A DNA stretch of 64,000 nt from Candidatus Rokuibacteriota bacterium (GTDB lineage: Bacteria; Methylomirabilota; Methylomirabilia; Rokubacteriales; CSP1-6). Within the stretch, counting starts at the first letter, position 1. Every line of letters starts with the position of its first letter. The translations under genes and the position numbers were made by a program. This document shows, piece after piece, positions 61,289 through 64,000 of this stretch. The DNA lies in assembly GCA_003220475.1 (NCBI GenBank), contig QHSO01000015.1:12479-76478 (forward strand). Direction: 5' to 3'. The notes beneath the pieces are model-generated. The model worked only from the letters and a program-made list of their open reading frames with translations. It searched no databases and was not told the origin of the DNA.

Positions 61289-63028
61289 ATGAGCGCGACC
61301 AGCGTGGCTGAGAAGTGGGTCGAAAGCACTGCCGGCATGACCCGACCCTCCGATGTCGTATGGTGCGACGGCTCCAAGCAGGAATACGACCGCTTGATCG
61401 AAGCGATGCTGCGCGACGGCACGCTGCTGGCGCTCAACGCGCGCACCTATCCGAGCTGTTACCTGCATCGCAGCCACCCCTCCGATGTCGCGCGGACGGA
61501 GCAGCTCACCTTCATCTGCACGCGCGAGCGCGAGGACGCCGGCCCGACCAACAACTGGATGGCTCCCGCCGAAGCCAAGGCGAAGGCCGGCGAGTACTTC
61601 AAAGGCGCCATGCGCGGGCGCACGATGTACGTCATCCCGTACCTGATGGGTCCCGCCGGCTCCGCCATGAGCCGCACCGGCATCATGGTGACCGACAGCG
61701 CCTATGTCGTGGCCAGCATGCACATCATGGCCCGCGTGGGCGAGCCCGCGATCAAGGCGATGCGACGCGACGACGACTTCATCGCCGGCGTGCACTCGCT
61801 CGGCGATCTGTCGCCGGAGCGGCGACTGATCCTGCACTTCCCCGAGGAAAAGCTCATCTGGAGCGTGGGCTCCGGCTACGGCGGCAACGCGCTGCTCGGC
61901 AAGAAGTGTCACGCGCTGCGGCTCGGATCGTGGCAGGCGCGCCAGGAAGGCTGGCTCGCGGAGCACATGCTGATCATCGGCGTCGAGGACCCGCAGGGCG
62001 AGATCACGTATATCGCGGCGGCCATGCCGAGCGCGTCGGGCAAGACCAATCTCGCCATGGCCGTGTCGTCGCTGCCGGGCTGGCGCGTGTGGACGGTGGG
62101 CGACGACATCGCGTGGATTCACGTCGACGCGTCCGGGCAGCTGCGCGCGATCAATCCCGAGCGCGGCTTCTTCGGTGTCGCGCCGCACACGAGTCCCAAG
62201 ACGAATTCCAATGCGACCGCGATGGTGAAGAGCAACACGATCTTCACCAACGTCGCCCTCACGCCGTCGGGCGAGCCGTGGTGGGAAGGCCTCACGCCCG
62301 AGCCACCGGCGGGCCTGCTCGACTGGCAGGGTCGGCCGTGGACACCGGGCACGCCCGCCGCGCATCCGAACTCGCGTTTCACCGTGCTGGCGGAGCAGTG
62401 TCCGTCGATCGCGCCGAACTGGGAAGAGCCGCAGGGCGTGCCGATCTCGGCCTTCATCTTCGGGTCGCGCCGGAGCAACGTTATTCCGCTCGTGTTCGAG
62501 GCCTTCGACTGGGCCCACGGCGTCTTCCTCGGCTCCGCGATGAGCACCGAGACCACCGCGGCGATCACCGGTCAGGTCGGCGTCGTGCGTCGTGATCCCA
62601 TGGCCATGCTGCCGTTCTGCGGCTACAACATGGCCGACTACTTCGCTCACTGGCTCGCGACGGGTCCGCGCGCCGCGAAGCCGCCGCGCATCTTCCGCGT
62701 GAACTGGTTCCGGCGTGGCGACGACGGCAAGTTCCTGTGGCCCGGCTACGGCGACAACCTCCGCGTGCTCAAGTGGATCATCGAGCGCGTCCGCGGCGGT
62801 GGGCGTGCGCAAGAAACGCCGATCGGCTGGATCCCGACGCCGGATGCGCTGGACACCGCGGGCCTCGCGGTCTCGCGCGCGCAGCTGAACGAGGCCCTGC
62901 GCGTGGATCACGGCGAATGGCTCCAGGCGCTCGCCGACCTCGGCGACTTCTACGGACAGTTCGGCCCACGGTTGCCGAGCTCGATCGCCGCCACCCTCAG
63001 AGAGACGCGCCGCCGCCTCGGCGCCTGA
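61289..63028 (+). CDS. pckG: phosphoenolpyruvate carboxykinase (GTP)
   Basis: 579 aa. It is collinear along its whole length with my recollection of mycobacterial PckG. Matching motifs include GPTNNWM, YGGNALLGKKC, PSASGKTNLAM (kinase-1a), GDDIAW and NWFRRGDDGKFLWPGYGDN. Confidence 0.95.
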   Translation: MSATSVAEKWVESTAGMTRPSDVVWCDGSKQEYDRLIEAMLRDGTLLALNARTYPSCYLHRSHPSDVARTEQLTFICTREREDAGPTNNWMAPAEAKAKAGEYFKGAMRGRTMYVIPYLMGPAGSAMSRTGIMVTDSAYVVASMHIMARVGEPAIKAMRRDDDFIAGVHSLGDLSPERRLILHFPEEKLIWSVGSGYGGNALLGKKCHALRLGSWQARQEGWLAEHMLIIGVEDPQGEITYIAAAMPSASGKTNLAMAVSSLPGWRVWTVGDDIAWIHVDASGQLRAINPERGFFGVAPHTSPKTNSNATAMVKSNTIFTNVALTPSGEPWWEGLTPEPPAGLLDWQGRPWTPGTPAAHPNSRFTVLAEQCPSIAPNWEEPQGVPISAFIFGSRRSNVIPLVFEAFDWAHGVFLGSAMSTETTAAITGQVGVVRRDPMAMLPFCGYNMADYFAHWLATGPRAAKPPRIFRVNWFRRGDDGKFLWPGYGDNLRVLKWIIERVRGGGRAQETPIGWIPTPDALDTAGLAVSRAQLNEALRVDHGEWLQALADLGDFYGQFGPRLPSSIAATLRETRRRLGA

Positions 63029-63212
63029 GCCACCCGCCTCTCGGCGGAAAGTTGCCCGCGTCCCGGGGCACACCCTCGGGCGCAATTCCACGCCGCCGCG
63101 CCTAAAGTCCCGCCGTTTCGGATGCCCGACATGGCATCGCCGATGCTTTTCCGCTCCGCGGCACTTGGCGAACACCAACGAGCGATGGGTGGGCTGTCAC
63201 CCGGGAGGCCCC

Positions 63213-64000
63213 ATGGATCAGCAGAAGGTCGAGGCGCTGGTAACGCGGATCGTCGGTGACATGGCGGCGTCATTCAGCATGGCGCTCGGTCACATCGGTG
63301 ACCGGCTCGGCCTGTTCCGCGCGATGAAGGGTGCGGGACCGGTGGCCAGCGCGCAGCTCGCCGCGAAGACCGCTCTCAACGAACGCTACGTGCGCGAGTG
63401 GCTGAAGGCGATGGCCGCTTCGGAATATCTCGACTACGATCCGACCTCCAACACTTACGTGATGACCGCCGAACAGGCGTACGTGCTCGCCGACGACGCG
63501 AGTCCGATGTCGGCGGGCGGACCGCTGCAGTTCACCGCGCCGACGGTGGCGAATACCGAAAAGCTCCTGCGGATCTTTCGCGACGGCGGCGGGATTTCGT
63601 ACTCCGAGATCGGTCCGGAGGTGCCTGAGGGCATCGCGCGCTTTTTCGGGCCGGGCTATCTGAACTTCCTCGTGCAGGAATGGCTGCCCGCGGTCGACGG
63701 GCTCCCGGAGCGACTCAAAGCGGGCATCGAAGTGGCTGACGTCGGCTGCGGCTACGGCCTGTCGACGATGACGATGGCGGCGGCCTTTCCCGCGTCCCGC
63801 TTCCTCGGTATCGACTACGACGCCGGCTCGATCTTTCGCGCGCGGCGCGTGTCGGCCGAGCGCGGACTGCACAACGTCGAGTGGCGCGCCGAACCCGCGC
63901 ACCTGCTGCCGCGCGACCGCTGGTTCGGACTCATCTGCGCCTTCGACTGCATTCACGACATGGTCGATCCGAAGAACACGCTGCGCGCCATCCGCGCCGG
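63213..64000 (+). CDS. class I SAM-dependent methyltransferase with an N-terminal helical/winged-helix domain; 3' end lies outside the window
   Basis: This ORF is not in the track because it has no stop inside the window. My own translation from ATG 63213 (GGGAGG RBS) gives MDQQKVEALV...VADVGCGYGLST (motif I)...FDCIHDM. The frame is open to 64000. Confidence 0.8.
   Translation, partial: MDQQKVEALVTRIVGDMAASFSMALGHIGDRLGLFRAMKGAGPVASAQLAAKTALNERYVREWLKAMAASEYLDYDPTSNTYVMTAEQAYVLADDASPMSAGGPLQFTAPTVANTEKLLRIFRDGGGISYSEIGPEVPEGIARFFGPGYLNFLVQEWLPAVDGLPERLKAGIEVADVGCGYGLSTMTMAAAFPASRFLGIDYDAGSIFRARRVSAERGLHNVEWRAEPAHLLPRDRWFGLICAFDCIHDMVDPKNTLRAIRA

Noticed and set aside
63133-63150. A rho-independent terminator after pckG (GGCATCGCCGATGC followed by TTTT)
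   Set aside because: The stem is only about 4-5 bp with a tight loop, and it sits ~105 nt after the stop. This is too weak to report as a feature.
63029-63212. A possible SAM-type riboswitch in the 184-nt leader of the methyltransferase gene
   Set aside because: I could not recognise any conserved SAM, SAH or other riboswitch core motifs by eye. This would need a covariance-model scan.

Overview
This is a very GC-rich window: third codon positions are almost all G/C, and long arginine/alanine-rich shadow ORFs appear on the antisense strand. It comes from a diderm bacterium, since TonB, TonB-dependent receptors, a MacB/Lol-type ABC system and lipoproteins are all present. I cannot assign a lineage from the sequence alone. 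About 70 features are supported, in seven blocks.

1. **1-2200:** an NYN-domain protein, an orphan receiver domain and tRNA-Val(CAC).
2. **2193-16596:** the most unusual locus.
   - A GT28 glycolipid synthase and a NodB deacetylase on the plus strand converge on a 14-gene minus-strand array. Most genes in the array are translationally coupled.
   - The array encodes a papain/C39-like lipoprotein, an LPLAT acyltransferase, two KS plus Cys-less KS (CLF-like) pairs around one ACP, a GT2, a flavin-halogenase-like enzyme, a MacB-type ABC exporter, an exported protein, a small EamA protein and an HpnJ-family B12 radical SAM enzyme.
   - No KR, DH, starter-activation or hopanoid core genes are present.
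3. **16676-18220:** a PyrD-like gene, then an AT-richer island with three tandem DnaA boxes, a sigma70-like promoter and a small ORF.
4. **18222-44854:** about 26 kb of uninterrupted minus-strand genes.
   - Housekeeping genes are radC, tsaE, nnr, acpS, glmM, cdaR, cdaA, folP, ftsH, hpt, a SPOR protein and argS.
   - A cobalamin salvage and late-biosynthesis regulon follows: cbiB, btuB, cbiZ, tonB, btuFCD, cobQ, cbiA, cobT and cobU. It is controlled by two cobalamin riboswitches.
5. **44899-52490:** a DUF169 gene, hslR, tandemly duplicated DUF3047-like genes, two paralogous TPR proteins and a DUF4124 protein.
6. **52564-61163:** ggt with a peptide/glutathione-type ABC importer that lacks an ATPase, an orphan 2-oxoacid dehydrogenase E1 alpha/beta pair, and cobC-cobS.
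7. **61289-64000:** pckG and a 3'-truncated SAM methyltransferase.

**Oddities**
- Four genes (hpnJ, cobT, DUF169 and the second DUF3047 copy) each appear to carry a frame-breaking internal deletion of roughly 100-140 nt.
- An 83-bp hairpin-rich tandem repeat replaces the 3' end of ftsH and abuts the folP start.
- GTGA and ATGA stop/start overlaps are very frequent.

All functional calls come from reading the translations and recalling family motifs. No database search was run.
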